64,000 bases of DNA from assembly GCA_036172245.1 (NCBI GenBank), contig JAYWIR010000002.1, positions 1,736,001-1,800,000 on the forward strand, written 5' to 3'. The notes below the pieces were generated by a model. The model did no database searches. It worked only from the letters and a program-made list of their open reading frames with translations, and was not told the origin of the DNA. The position numbers and the translations under genes are program-made. The stretch's first letter is position 1. Every line of letters begins with the position of its first letter. Origin of the DNA: Raillietiella orientalis. Its lineage: Eukaryota. This document shows positions 1 through 11,260 of the stretch, piece by piece.

Positions 1-129
1 TCAATTGAAAACAATTCTATGGCTCTTTCGTTCTCTTTGTTGAAAAATGCATCTTCTTGTGCTATTTCATTCATTCAAATTTCAGTGAAACAGAGTTTCA
101 CTGAAATTTGAATTAAATCACATGCTCGT

Positions 130-305
130 ATCTTTCTTTCTTTTCTTTTTTTTAAAAAAGAGATTCTGTCGCCTGTGCGCGGCGCAACCAGTCCCTCCCC
201 CGAATTGCAGGGACGGCTGCTCATCCGCACTTGTTGCAGGGGTAGACTCGTTTTTTTCCTCGTGGTCCATTGCCTTGCAACTGACGTCCCCGGTGTGACC
301 GGGTT
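130..305 (+). mobile_element. 3' end (UTR and terminal stem-loop) of an L1/Tx1-like LINE copy
   Basis: T-rich segment ending in GTCCCCGG-TGTGA-CCGGGT (stem 289-293/299-303), matching the terminal motif of the LINE copies at 45747 and 48579. Confidence 0.45.
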
Positions 306-2156
306 ACAGCACCGTGGGTGGAGCTCCATCTGGTGGCTGCACGCGCAAGATTTTCATGCGGCAAGTAAGGCTTTCGTAATGCCATTTCCCTCGGATCTTT
401 CGCGGCGTGGTGGTGGTTGCGATCCAAGGTTAGTACCTTGAATTGCAGCCGCCTGGTGCAAATCTCCGGAAATCCTCGCTGGTCGATCCGGTCCTCTGAC
501 GGAAAAAGGAAGAAGAAAAAAAAATGGCAGCTGGGGCGCGTTCGCAGCAGAGGTCAGCTGTCTCCTCGAGAGCCTCGGCGAAGCGACACGACGTTTCGTT
601 TCGCCTCCCCAAGTGCGGGGAGTCGACTGGGCTGGTCGTTACCTCGCCTTCAGCGTACAGCCCTGTCTCCGTCACGTGATCGGGAAAAGCAAAGTCCGGT
701 GATTAAAGACAGGCGTCTTTGGTCACCAACGTTTCTCTTCTTTCGAGGAACTGCTCACGGCGCCTCCCCGTCCCTCGAATTCCTCGTAGTTGCCGGAAAT
801 CGTTGCGTGAGGAGGGCCAGGAGGAGGAGATGAAATGAGAAGGGAACGGGGAGGCTATGAGGGAGGTCCCTCTGGACGGGACGAAGGCTCCTTCTTCCTC
901 TAGATTGCCCTCTCCCTCAATAACTCGAACGTTGGGTTGAGGAGGAGAGAGGAATAAGGAGAGGAGGAAAGTCTGGAAACCTAGAAGAGCCTCCGCGCCA
1001 GATCTCCCCCCCCCCTCCTCCCCGTTGGTTCCTGAAGGCTGCGAGGTTCTCTCTGTTCCAACCCTTCCTCAACCGCTCTCCTATACCACTTCATCGGACC
1101 AGTCTGACCGCTTGCCGGGGGTCACGGCACTTTCAGAAGATGGTGCCCAAGGGGAAGCGATCACTGGGATCCACCCCGTTCCCAACTTCGTTCTCGAGCC
1201 CGGAAGTCCAGTCCGGATCTCTCTAGCACGTGCTCTGGGAAGAGGAGGAGGGGGGGATCAGGAAGACCTGGAAAAGGACGGTCAAAGGTCTGCGGGGGAC
1301 ATGAGGGTGCGGGAGACCGCGCACTCCCTTGGGGGGAATCCGGGGAGGATCAGAGGAGGAGCAAAGTAGACGTACCGAAGCTCGAGTGGGGGGGGAGCAA
1401 ACCCCCTCGCCCCTTAATTCCTCTTCCTGCCTTTCTCGAAGGAAGTCTCGTCGCTATGGAAGCAGGTATGAAGTGGCACGTAATTGCTCCATGGGAAGAA
1501 ACGGTACGAAGGAAAGGAAAAACGCAGGTGGAAGGAGTGGGGTGGGAGGGGGGAATGTCGCCTCCTTCACAACTCCTCTCCTTCGTTCCTTCGCCTTCCC
1601 GTTTCCGCGGCAACGCTCGGCAGGCGGCGTTCGGGCCCTGCGAAGGAGAATCCCTGGGTCCCTCGATCGAACGAGCAGCAGCTCCCTCAGTGAGCGAGAC
1701 CGTGCGAGATGCCTCCAGCTGTAGGGGGAAGGATGTGGATCGAGGGAAAGGAGGGGAAAGGCCAGATCCTCCCTCGCCGGACCACCTCGGTGGTTCCGCC
1801 CGCCAGGGGTTTAGTTGTCTGGCCGGACTGTCGCTGGCGTCCATCCGCAGAGAACGCGGATCCCGCATGGCAAAAGATGACCCCCCGTCCATCTCCCTCG
1901 GCTCTCCCCGGACCATGACTCCTTCCCTCACCCAGTTTTCGCCGGACCCTGACACCAGTGGACACGCATGTTGCCGTCAGCGTTGTTCTTTTCCGCTCTT
2001 CCAATCCCCATCTCGGAACGTTTCAGGGTTTCCTGCCCCAGGGAGCTCCCACCTGCACTTTCCGGAGGTGAGGCGGCGGCTGGAGGAAAGGAGGGGGGAA
2101 GTGAGAGATCGGCTCACCCCACCCCCGTCCCCTGTCCTTCCGGAAGAAAGGCAGCG

Positions 2157-2331
2157 TCACTTGAGCCGCGCCGCTGCCTCCGCCGCCAGGCGCGCGTTCT
2201 GGATGTCGATCGATCGGCACAGGGCCGTGACGTTCCCAGAGCCGAACCCTTTGGCCCCGCAGCGCTGGATGATCTCCAGAAAGAAGGTGTCATCAGAGAA
2301 GAGGGGGTGCGTGAAGATTTGCATGAGGTAC
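2157..2331 (-). CDS. HPDL: HPDL-like dioxygenase, last exon
   Basis: Acceptor TTACTTCAG|G; encodes (R)YLMQIFTHPLFSDDTFFLEIIQRCGAKGFGSGNVTALCRSI...RLK*. This is the HPPD/HPDL C-terminal motif with the Fe-binding Glu (FLEII) and GFGxGN. Confidence 0.95.
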
Positions 2332-2417
2332 CTGAAGTAAGCGAAGGAAGGGAAGGGGGAGGAGGAGGAGAACCTCCGCGAGAACCGATCTCGCCTAGTG
2401 GCAAGAAGGCGACATAC

Positions 2418-2536
2418 CTGAAGTCCTCTTCCTTTTCCTCCCCCTCGTCGTCGTCGACAGGCTCGCAGTCGATCAGAACGCCCAAGCACTGCAGGGCGTC
2501 GGCGTCCTCGTCGCACATCATCATCATCTCGGCGAC
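2418..2536 (-). CDS. HPDL: HPDL-like dioxygenase, exon 5
   Basis: Acceptor ACGCAG|GTC, donor AG|GTATGT. Encodes VAEMMMMCDEDADALQCLGVLIDCEPVDDDEGEEKEEDF(R), with the GxLxD motif. Phases 0/2 fit both neighbouring exons. Confidence 0.9.
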
Positions 2537-2670
2537 CTGCGTGGATTATCGGGGAGTCGGGAAGATTGGTGTTCGCCTCAGATGCTCCAAAGAAGAGGGA
2601 GGAAGAAAAAGGAAGGGAGGTAGGGAAAGGAAAGGAGGAACGAAGAAGGCGGACCCTCTTCAAGGCGTAC

Positions 2671-2822
2671 CTGCTCGTAGTAGACGGGAGGGGGAGAGCG
2701 GAAGAGCACACCCCTCTCTCTGAGTTTGGAGACTGTCCGCAGGATGTTCTCCGTGTGCAGCCCAATGTGCTGCAGTCCCGGACCTCGGTGGCCCTCCAGG
2801 AACGACTCGATGTGGGGATTCT
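2671..2822 (-). CDS. HPDL: HPDL-like dioxygenase, exon 4
   Basis: Acceptor CGTTAG|AG, donor CAG|GTACGC. Encodes NPHIESFLEGHRGPGLQHIGLHTENI...FRSPPPVYYEQ; GPGLQH carries the second Fe-binding His. Confidence 0.95.
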
Positions 2823-4699
2823 CTAACGAAAAGGGAGGGGAAGATAGGAAAGGCGAGCGGAAAATGGGGAGGCAGGGAACTGCTTCCCTCTCCCTCCGAC
2901 TCTTGCCGCTACCAAAACCCTGGACGCGACTTCCTCGGAGAAGCAGGATCGCCGGGATCTCGCCCGACCTTCCATCCCCCTCTCCCCCTCCTCCTCTTCC
3001 CGGGAGATTGAGCTCATTCCTTCGTTTGGGTCGCCTTCCCTTTCCTTTCTTTTCTGCACCCCGGATCCCCACACCCTCTGAAAGGGATGCAGTCAGGAGG
3101 CATGGTGCATCCCTGTCAGGCTGAGAAGCAGGCAACATTTCGGAGACCCCCAGAGGGGGTGGAGTGAAGTGCCGGGGGGAGAAGAAGATTCCACCTCTAC
3201 GTCCACCACCCTGTCTCTTTGCTTCAAGAGGGCGAGGAGCTGGAGCAGGGGCCTGGAGGAGGGAGGGAGGGAGGGAGGGAGGAAAGGGGAGGGGAAAAAG
3301 CGCCGTGCGCGCGCGTAGCGGTGACCTATAGAAGGCCGCCGCCGGCCTTCCGACTACGGCGGATGTAGCACGAACCCTTCGTTATACCCCCCTCCCCCCC
3401 TCAAAAAAGGGAAAAAAACACACACACATATACCGTCTCCTCCCTCCCTTCCCTCCACTTTTCCCTCTCGCTGGACTGCCCCGCAGGAGAGAACGAATGT
3501 TCCTTCCTTTTCTCCTCTTCCTTCCCCCCCTGGAGGCGGGGCATTCCAAATCCTGTCGTTCCCAGTTGTTCCTTGGACCAAAGGTAGAGATTTCTTTCTT
3601 CCCTCCTTTACCGCAGCCGATTTTTTTTCCTCCTCCTCCCGAAGCCTTCTCTGTTTCCATCTTGGTGAAAACGGGGGCAGTAGAGCGAGGAAGAGGTGGA
3701 AGTAGGAAAGGGGGAGGGTTCCCTTCCCATCGCCTTCGCCATCCGTAAGCACAGGAGTTAACTCTATAGGGGAGAATCCCAGGATGGTCGGTTGGGAAGG
3801 AGGGCAGGGGTAGCCGCGGAGGCGAAGGGGGTCGCGCGAGACGGCGAATGGGAAGCGGGGGAGAAGGAAGAGTAAGGATGGGGGGAGAGAGGAGAGGTTA
3901 GCGAGCTCCAAGCGCGAGGAACTCGGAAGCGGAAGGGAAAGCCGGGCGCGCGCGCACCTGGAAGAGGGAAACGGGAGACAGGGAGGCGGTAAGGGGAGCG
4001 TGCCCCTCGCGGCAGGGGCCACCGGAGCGAATCCTCCGTTTAGGAGCCGCCGCCGGTGCGCCTGCTGGAGCCGCCGTTCCGCGCATTCGATGCGGAGAGG
4101 GGAAAAAAGGGACAACAGGAGGAGGGAGGAGAAATATCGGATGGGGGCAGGGAGGGGGAAGGAGTCACCACCTTGAGCAGCGGCTTCCGAGTCGAGAGGA
4201 GTCCCGCCTTCCCGTGACCAGGAGCGACGGCGCAGGTGGGGAGGGACGAATAAGCGAAAAAGAGGGGGAGAGAAAGGTCGAGTCCGTGAAGGGGGAAGGC
4301 GACCCGGAAACGCTCCCGCTCGCTCTGGAGAGAGGAGCGAAGAACAGGGTCTGGCCCACAACGCGCCCGGGAGGAAGACGGGGAAGGGAGAAGGAGGAGG
4401 AGGAGACGCTGGCGGGGAGGGTGCGAGGAGGGAGGCGAGTCATGCGTTTTGAAAGTCGATCAGGTGGTCCAGGGGAGTGATGTTTCCTAGGAGTCAAACC
4501 CCTCGGCCCCGCAGCGCTTCGCAGGAATCACCCAGAGGATTTCTCCCCTCCCGAAGGCGAGAGAGGCTCCCTTTTATCCCTTCCCCCCCCCCCCCGCAGC
4601 CTGCCATTCCGGTGCATCTTTTCGCTTCCCACCTCTATCAACCTCTCCATCCTCCGCCCCCATCCCCTCCTGCTTTCCCCTCTCGGAAAGCGCACTCAC

Positions 4700-4875
4700 T
4701 TGCGTGTGGCAGGGATTCGGCGATCACAAGCCTCAGCATCCTGTCGGGGGCGGCGCATTCCCCCCGGGAGCGGGGGGACATCAATCCGGTCTCCGCACAC
4801 GACCAGTACTGCAGGGCCCTCATGCGAATGTTGACGTTGTCCTCGATGACCAATCCGTTCTCTGGGGTGTCTGAC
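4700..4875 (-). CDS. HPDL: HPDL-like dioxygenase, exon 3
   Basis: Acceptor CCTAG|G, donor A|GTGAGT. Encodes SDTPENGLVIEDNVNIRMRALQYW...LRLVIAESLPHA, with the LVxAESLP motif typical of HPDL. Phases 2/1 are consistent. Confidence 0.9.
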
Positions 4876-5599
4876 CTAGGCGAGGAGGGAGATGGAAGTG
4901 TAGGGTGGCGCCGCCAGGCGACCTCGTTTGCAGTCGCCTCCGGCGCACGTGGCGAGGCGCGGGGGCGGGAGGAGGGAGCATAGCAAATTCCCCCCTTCCT
5001 CAGGATCACCTTCCTTCTCCCCTGACCCCTCCCTTATCTTGGAGGGAGGCGGAAGGCTTGGGGTTAGAGGAGGGAGGAGGAGGAGGAGGGATGGAAAAGG
5101 CGCTCGCGTGGGGAAGAAGAGGGAAAGCTGCCCAGGGAGCCAGCGCATCCTTGCATTCGGTGCCCCTTCTCTCCCTCCCGTCCTCCTGTCTTCTCTCCTC
5201 CCATCCTCGTTCCCTCCACCGTGAGGGTCTCCCTCCCGGGAGGCCAACAGGCGGGGGGCCAGCGAGGGCAAGCGTCGCTTGGATGGGGTCTGCGTGCTGC
5301 CTCCGCCGCGGCACCTGAGGACGAGGGGGGAAGGGGAAGAGGAGCCTCAGAGAGCGATGGGCAGCTCCCTTTTTATGTGTGCAGCTGCCCCCCCCCCTCC
5401 CAGATCTTTCGCGTTCAGTTGCGTGTCCCGGAAACCGCGATACTTCCCCGAGGTCAGCACCCTTCCCTCCAGGAGGGAAGACCCCTTTCGGCCTCTGCCT
5501 AGAAAAGGCGTGCGGGAGAAGGGAGTGGAAACGAATGGTTCTTCCCTCGGTTCCCTCTTTGCGCCCTTCCCTCCCTCCCTGTATCCCCTTCATAGACCC

Positions 5600-6400
5600 T
5601 CACGGTGGAACGGTCGTTCTTCTTCCTCCGGTTCTGCGTTGCCCGACGCGTTTCAGGAGCTCCCGGGAAGGCAGCAGAAGGTCCGCGGCCTCTCCCGGTT
5701 CCCGAGGAGCTACAACTGCTCGTCTCACAAGAGGAAGAAGGAGGAAACTTTCGGGAATCAATACGTCGTCCAGCTGGAATTGCATACGATGAAGCAGCCT
5801 CAGAAGCTCCCACCTGCTGGGGGCTTCCGAGGGGTTGCATCAGGAGGGGACGCCCCCCACCGAGTTGAAAGGTTAAGGCAGTCCTCGGGTCTGGGTTCCC
5901 TTCCGCCGGTCCTCAGCCCGCGGGATCAGGTAGCCCGATCTCTCCTTCCAGAGCTGCTGAGAGGCAGTAGGAGAGTGAGCGGTGGATTCACGGCCCCTCT
6001 TCCCTGTGGAACTCTTCAACCTGCCGCTCATGGTCCGCGCAGAGCGAGGGCCAGAAGCGCGCCTATCCTCGGTTTTGGTGACGGACAAGATCTTCCTGAC
6101 CCAGTATCGCCCCTCTCCCTCTTCATGCGTTCACCGACCTCCGGGGTTTCTCGCCTTCTTCGAAGGAAACTCTCTCCTCTTTTCCAGGTAGTGACCGTCG
6201 CAAGGATCCCAGCTCCCGGGGCGCAGGTGAAACCACCAGAGGCGCTCGTCCGTCCTGCGACCTGTTCAGGCTGGGAGAGAAGAGCGGAACAAAGGCGCAT
6301 CGCCCAGCTGCCCTGCAGGCGTTGGGGCCATCTTTACCGACTCCCGCTCTGTCAGGCTCCAGGTATTTCCCGTGGTCCGAGGATCTTCCGTCTCTCGCGG
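5600..6400 (+). mobile_element. Decayed LINE ORF1-like remnant in an HPDL intron
   Basis: Frameshifted peptides FPVELFNLPLMV...LSSV (RRM-like) and a degenerate knuckle PCRRWGHLYRLPLC resemble L1/Tx1 ORF1. Judged by eye only. Confidence 0.3.
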
Positions 6401-7249
6401 GATTGAAGGATCTCGGTTGTCCCGATTCCCCCTGCCGCCGCTGTCACCTTATGATAGCAGCACTAGAGGCATCTCCGCGGCTTCCCTGAACGCAAGTGCC
6501 GGCTTCCCTTCCTGTTCCTCCTCCTGCTCTTCTCCTTGTTCTTCCCTCGTTGTCGTTCTTGTTGTTGACCATGTGCTCCCCTCTTTGCCCGCTCCCAGCT
6601 CCCCTCGCAGGACCGCGCATTTTCGACACGCTCCTTTCCCTCACTCAGAGGAGCGAGGGGAAGGGAAAGGGGGAAGTGGCTGAGAGGCGAGCCAGTTTCT
6701 TGTGACCAACGTAGCGACTGAGGTCGCCAGAGGACTTCTGAGGGGAGCCGCCGCATCGGAGGGAGCAACTCAGCTCCCGAAGCCGGAATCGAATGAGGCG
6801 GGTAGGCAAGGTGGAGAGGCGAGGGCCATTTGCCGGGGCGCCTTCGAACACCCCTTCGTCGGAAAAGGAGGTTCAAGGGCAGCCGGCGCGCCTAGAGGCA
6901 GAGGGGAGCCCCTTCTGCCTCTCGGCGACGTCTAGAGAAGACGGAGGCGAAGGTCGGAGGTCGCTTCCAGTCGATCGATCTATCGCTCCTTGAGGACACT
7001 CAGGTAGGGCCGGAAGCGAGGTCTGGGGGCAAGGGTAGCGGTCACGGCTGACGGAGCGGGAGGTCGCCGCCGTCGCACCGGCGGGGTTCGGTAAATATTC
7101 ACGCGCGCATCACCACGAAAGTCCATCGGGTGGAGGGATCGGAAGATGAAGAACCCACTCCCGGAGGACGCGCTCGAAAAGAACAGCTGCGGAGGAAGGA
7201 ATGAAGTCGGAAGGGGGTGGATCCGGTTTGGATGCCCCTGAACCTTGTC

Positions 7250-8410
7250 TTTCGCTTCAGCGCACGTCCCTAGAGGTCAGCCGCCTCGCCTTTGGGTCTC
7301 TTCTTCGGGCGCGGCGCGACCGAGAGCACACCAAGGGGTCCTGGTCGCTGCTGACGAACCCGTTTCGTCGAAGTGTTCCCCCCCATCCTTGCTCGCGCTG
7401 AGGTTCGCGCAGGGGATCTGACGCGCACCTAGGACGCTTCTGCTCGGCTCGGAGGCAAAGACACAAGACCACGCGCACTCCACCAGCAAGGATAAGAGCG
7501 ACGCGGAAGTCGCCCAAGAGGATGGAAGGACGGAAGGGCGAAGGACGTCTCTTCCATTTGCCGTGCTCGCGTACCTTAGTGAGGAGGTTGCCGCGACCTC
7601 GAGCGTTTCACGGTTGCCGTGCTACACGGAATCGCAGCTGACTTTTGCGGATCGGTCTCTCGCAGAGAGGGGCAGTTGTGGAGGGAGGGGGGGGGGGAGA
7701 AGGAGGGAGCGTCGGCTAAAGAACTCAGGCGTCGGCAGCGCAAGCGTTGGAATGCACCTCAGAGTGGGCGTCGGCCCCTTCCTCTTCCCTCTCTCCCGTA
7801 GGCACGTGGCAACTGCTCGGCGGTTTCCACCGTCCGTCTCGTGCGGAGGTATGCATGAAGGCCAGCGGGGCGGAGGCAGGCAACGGCACGCGGCGGAAGC
7901 CGGACGTGGTGAGAGAAGGGGGTGAAGGGGCGGGTTGGATCCCACGGAACCGAAGAAGGCGAAGTTGAGGCTCAGAGTCGGCAGGCAAAGAACGATTGGG
8001 AAGCTTGTGGGCTCGGGGATGGCAAGCAGAGGACAAAAGGAAGGCTGGCGGATGACACCGGCAGCTGATGCAAAGTCAAAGAAGTCACTAGAAGACCTGA
8101 AGAAGGAGAAGGAAGAAGAGAGGACAAAAATGGAATAGGAGAAGGAGGAGGAAGAGGAAGGGAAGGAAAAATGGAAGAGGAAGAGAAAGGGAGTCTGTGG
8201 GTGGTGGGGATGAATTCGCACTCAAAATGTTAAGTCTTCAGGAGCACAGAAACCTGCCAGATAGGGGCGGCGAGGTAAAAACCCGGCTGCGGGCAGATGC
8301 CGAGGCGGCGCGGGGCGCATGAAACGTGACCGAGAGCAGCGACCTCTGGACACTCCCGCGGGGAAGAAGGGACGAGAGAATCTCGTGAGGCGGCCGCGCT
8401 TGGCTGCGGC
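7250..8410 (-). mobile_element. Decayed LINE ORF1 end and APE endonuclease remnant
   Basis: Collinear degenerate motifs on the minus strand: CPEVAALGHVSC (knuckle-like), PHETD...RAVAT (QET/GVAI-like), RYAS (YAP-like) and ILLGDFRVAL (GDFN-like). Confidence 0.4.
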
Positions 8411-8524
8411 ACCGCCAGGAGGAAAGCCGCGCCCGCTCCAGCACCCCGCCGGCGACGTCGACGGGGAGCTCGTCTGGCGCGCGCGCGCGCGGAATCAGAT
8501 GAAGTCAGGAGGAACCGGGCTCAC

Positions 8525-9199
8525 CTGTTGGCTTGAAAACGCTCCATCCCGAAGGCTGCTTCGTACCACTCCAGAATGCCTTTGCTCTGCCCGGCCTTGC
8601 ACACGTAAGTGATGTGATCCACGTGCCTATCGGGAAACGCTTCTTCTTCCTCCTCTTCTCCACCCTCGCTGCTCCTTCGTTTCCGGAATCCCGGAAGGAA
8701 GCCTCCCCTGTAGGTGCTCCTGTTCAGAAGGGAGTGTACGACGTTCCCGCAGCGGGACGTGACCACCGAGTACTCGACCGTGCCCAGCTCATCGGCGACC
8801 TTCTGCACGGGCCGCAGCAACCGTCCTCCGGCTTCGATGACCCTCCTGGTCGCCCGGCGCACGTCCTTCACTTCGAAGGCGGCGTTGAACACGGAGTCGA
8901 TCGAGTGTCGCTCGTCCCCGCAGCAGAACGTGAGGAATGGGTCCATAGGGGGAGTCGGGTTGGGGCGGCGGTCGTTCCCTCCTTCCCGTTGCTTCTTTTG
9001 TGTGACGACGAAGACCGCCTTCCCGGAACGCACCACCCACTGGTTGAAGAGGCTCCCGGTCCGGGAGAACTCTAGCCGGAACCCATAGCTGCGGACGAGC
9101 GTGCCGACGCACCCGGGACCGTCTGAGACGCAGATCTCAATGTGGTGCAGCAGGGGGAAAGGTGTCGACCCGTCTGCAGACCCTTCCTGGGATCTGAAG
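8525..9199 (-). CDS. HPDL: HPDL-like dioxygenase, exon 2
   Basis: Acceptor TTTTCTTCAG (an alternative in-frame CAG 6 nt downstream gives a start at 9193), donor AG|GTGAG. Encodes LHHIEICVSDG...YGFRL...WVVRSGKAVFVV...DSVFNAAFEVKDV...GNVVHSL...FLPGF...VDHITY, the N-terminal VOC domain plus the first Fe-binding His. Confidence 0.95.
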
Positions 9200-9778
9200 C
9201 TGAAGAAAAAGCGTGACGAAGGAACAAGGAGCGTTTACCGACCTTCTTCTACCCGAAAACGTCTCGAAAGCGTTGGAACAGAGTGAGCGAAGAGACCCAC
9301 ATTCCTTCACCCCTTCCCTCTCCTCTATCCGACACGTAGCTGCCTCACTCTCCCACTTCCTGCCCCTTCCCGAAGGCGAATAGCTCCCCACCTCCGAGAC
9401 GCCGTATTCGCTTCTGTCCTCTCCGCCCGGGATCGCCCGGACGGGAGAAGGAGGAGCGGCTGCGGCGGCAGAAGGGGAACAGAGAAGCGAGAGGGAAGGA
9501 GGGGACGCGTTTACGCGCTCGATTGGTCTCCGGATTTGTTCTCTCACTTCCCGCGCCGATCCTAAATGCTTCCCGGGAGCCTCTGCGGCCGCGCGTGGGC
9601 GCTGAACCGTAGATCCCTTTCGCGGGCACCCGCGGAAAGCGCTTCTGCGAAACCTCTCTCCGGACCAGAGAAATTCACAGACGGAAAGGGGAGAGTCGCG
9701 CCCCACGCCCACTCGCATACGTTTCTCCCACAGGAGGGATGGAGACCCGAAGAAGAGCAGGCCTCACACAGCGGCGAC

Positions 9779-9909
9779 CTGCCGTTCGCAGGGAGGCGCG
9801 CACGTGGCAACCCACGCACGGAAGGAGCCGCTGAGCGGAAAGGTGCAGCGAGACGGCGCGCCCGGAGACCGCTTCCGACGGAAAGCAAGGGAGGCAGCGA
9901 GGTGTTCAT
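9779..9909 (-). CDS. HPDL: Candidate HPDL exon 1 (mitochondrial presequence-like)
   Basis: ATG at 9909; encodes MNTSLPPLLSVGSGLRARRLAAPFRSAAPSVRGLPRARLPANG, Arg-rich with no acidic residues. Its 131 nt end in phase 2 as exon 2 requires, and the six exons total 1428 nt (475 aa). The donor AG|GTCGCC is weak. Confidence 0.5.
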
Positions 9910-10239
9910 CACCCGAGCACCACCCTCGACATCCTTTGGAAACGCGAGACAAGTCCCCACTCCCCCCCACTCTCCCCTTTCTTCGTCTTCAAAGAGAAAT
10001 GGGTTCTGCCCTTTACCTATTCATGGCTCTCTGTTCCTCGGGACGACCCATCCGGTCTGTGGCTGGCGAGGATGGGGAGGGCAGGACTGTCCAGAAACAC
10101 GAAAGGAAAACCCGACCTTTTTGCTCTCGTTCCGTGGGGTGAGGCGGCCGCCGTCACGCTGCTCCAGCGCGACTCGAGACTGACGACTCCGTCTTCAGGA
10201 GCCTCTTTTATGGGAACGCTCTTGCGCTCGCGAAAGAGC

Positions 10240-11260
10240 CACGCGGAGGAAGAGAGCGAGGAGGCGCCGAATTACCTTCAAGGAGAAGCTGCTGTGGCAT
10301 GCTCTCGCTTCCTCCGCAACCTTCCGAGGACAGCGCGTACGGTCCACTCCTGGTCCGATGGGCAGCGGCTGCCTCTCTCTCTCTCTCTGATGGGACGGAC
10401 GCAGCAGGTGCGCCCATCCGCGCTAGCCCTCGCTGCCGCCTCGTTTCTGACTTTGGCGAAGGGAAGGGAGGGGAGGAGGCGGGGAAAGCGTGAGCAGATT
10501 ACTTTTCACCCCTTCTGCCCTTTGCAAGCTCCTCGAGGAAACCCGGGGGTCCACCCGCAGCCCGCAGGCACGGCCGATGCCGCCTGACCATCGGGAAACG
10601 GACGGGAGCCGGACCTGCTTGCGAAGGTTCCTGAGGCAGTGAGGGGGCTGGTCTCTTTCCCGACAGGAACTCGAAGGGAAACCTCGGGATAGATCGCAAA
10701 AAACCAGAACAAAATAAAAAGATATCCTGATCTTGCGCAGAGTGGCTGCTGGTGCCGGAGGTGGCCAACACGCGCCACCGGGGATTTGTGAGGACGCTGC
10801 AAGCGAGCGGGGCCTTCTCCTGCATCCCTTCCGAAAACCAGCAGGCCTCCCTTGCGCTTTCTCTGGGATGGTGGCGGCGGCGCCGCGCATCTCGCGCGGG
10901 GGAGGCCTGCGCGCGCATTTTCCTTCCTGTGCAATCCCGCATCGCCTTGCGTCCTTCTGCCGCAGAAGCTACCGTCGGTAACGCCACCCTTTGGTTGCCT
11001 CCGCAGGGCGTTCGCATCTGGTGTTCTCATGCATTGCTTGCAGTCACCCCGCTGCACCACTCGAGGTGCGCGAAAAGATACTCGAGAAGATGGGGCGAGC
11101 GGCCGAGTGTCGCGGCAAGCCGACTCGGCGCCTCGGTGAGACGAAAGGTTTGCGGACATCCTTGGATCTCGCTCCGGATCCAAGGATGGCGCCGCATGCT
11201 GGGCAACCTAGCAAAGATGGCAGTGGACCTCCTCCAGGTCCAAACAGGAAGGTAACTGTC
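10240..11260 (+). mobile_element. Highly decayed L1/Tx1-like reverse transcriptase
   Basis: Motifs collinear with the younger RT at 26.2-26.9 kb, across frameshifts: LRNLP..SDG, APRGNPG, RP...ETD, LLAKV, FPDRNSKGNL, QGVRIWCSHALL and FADIL. Confidence 0.45.
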
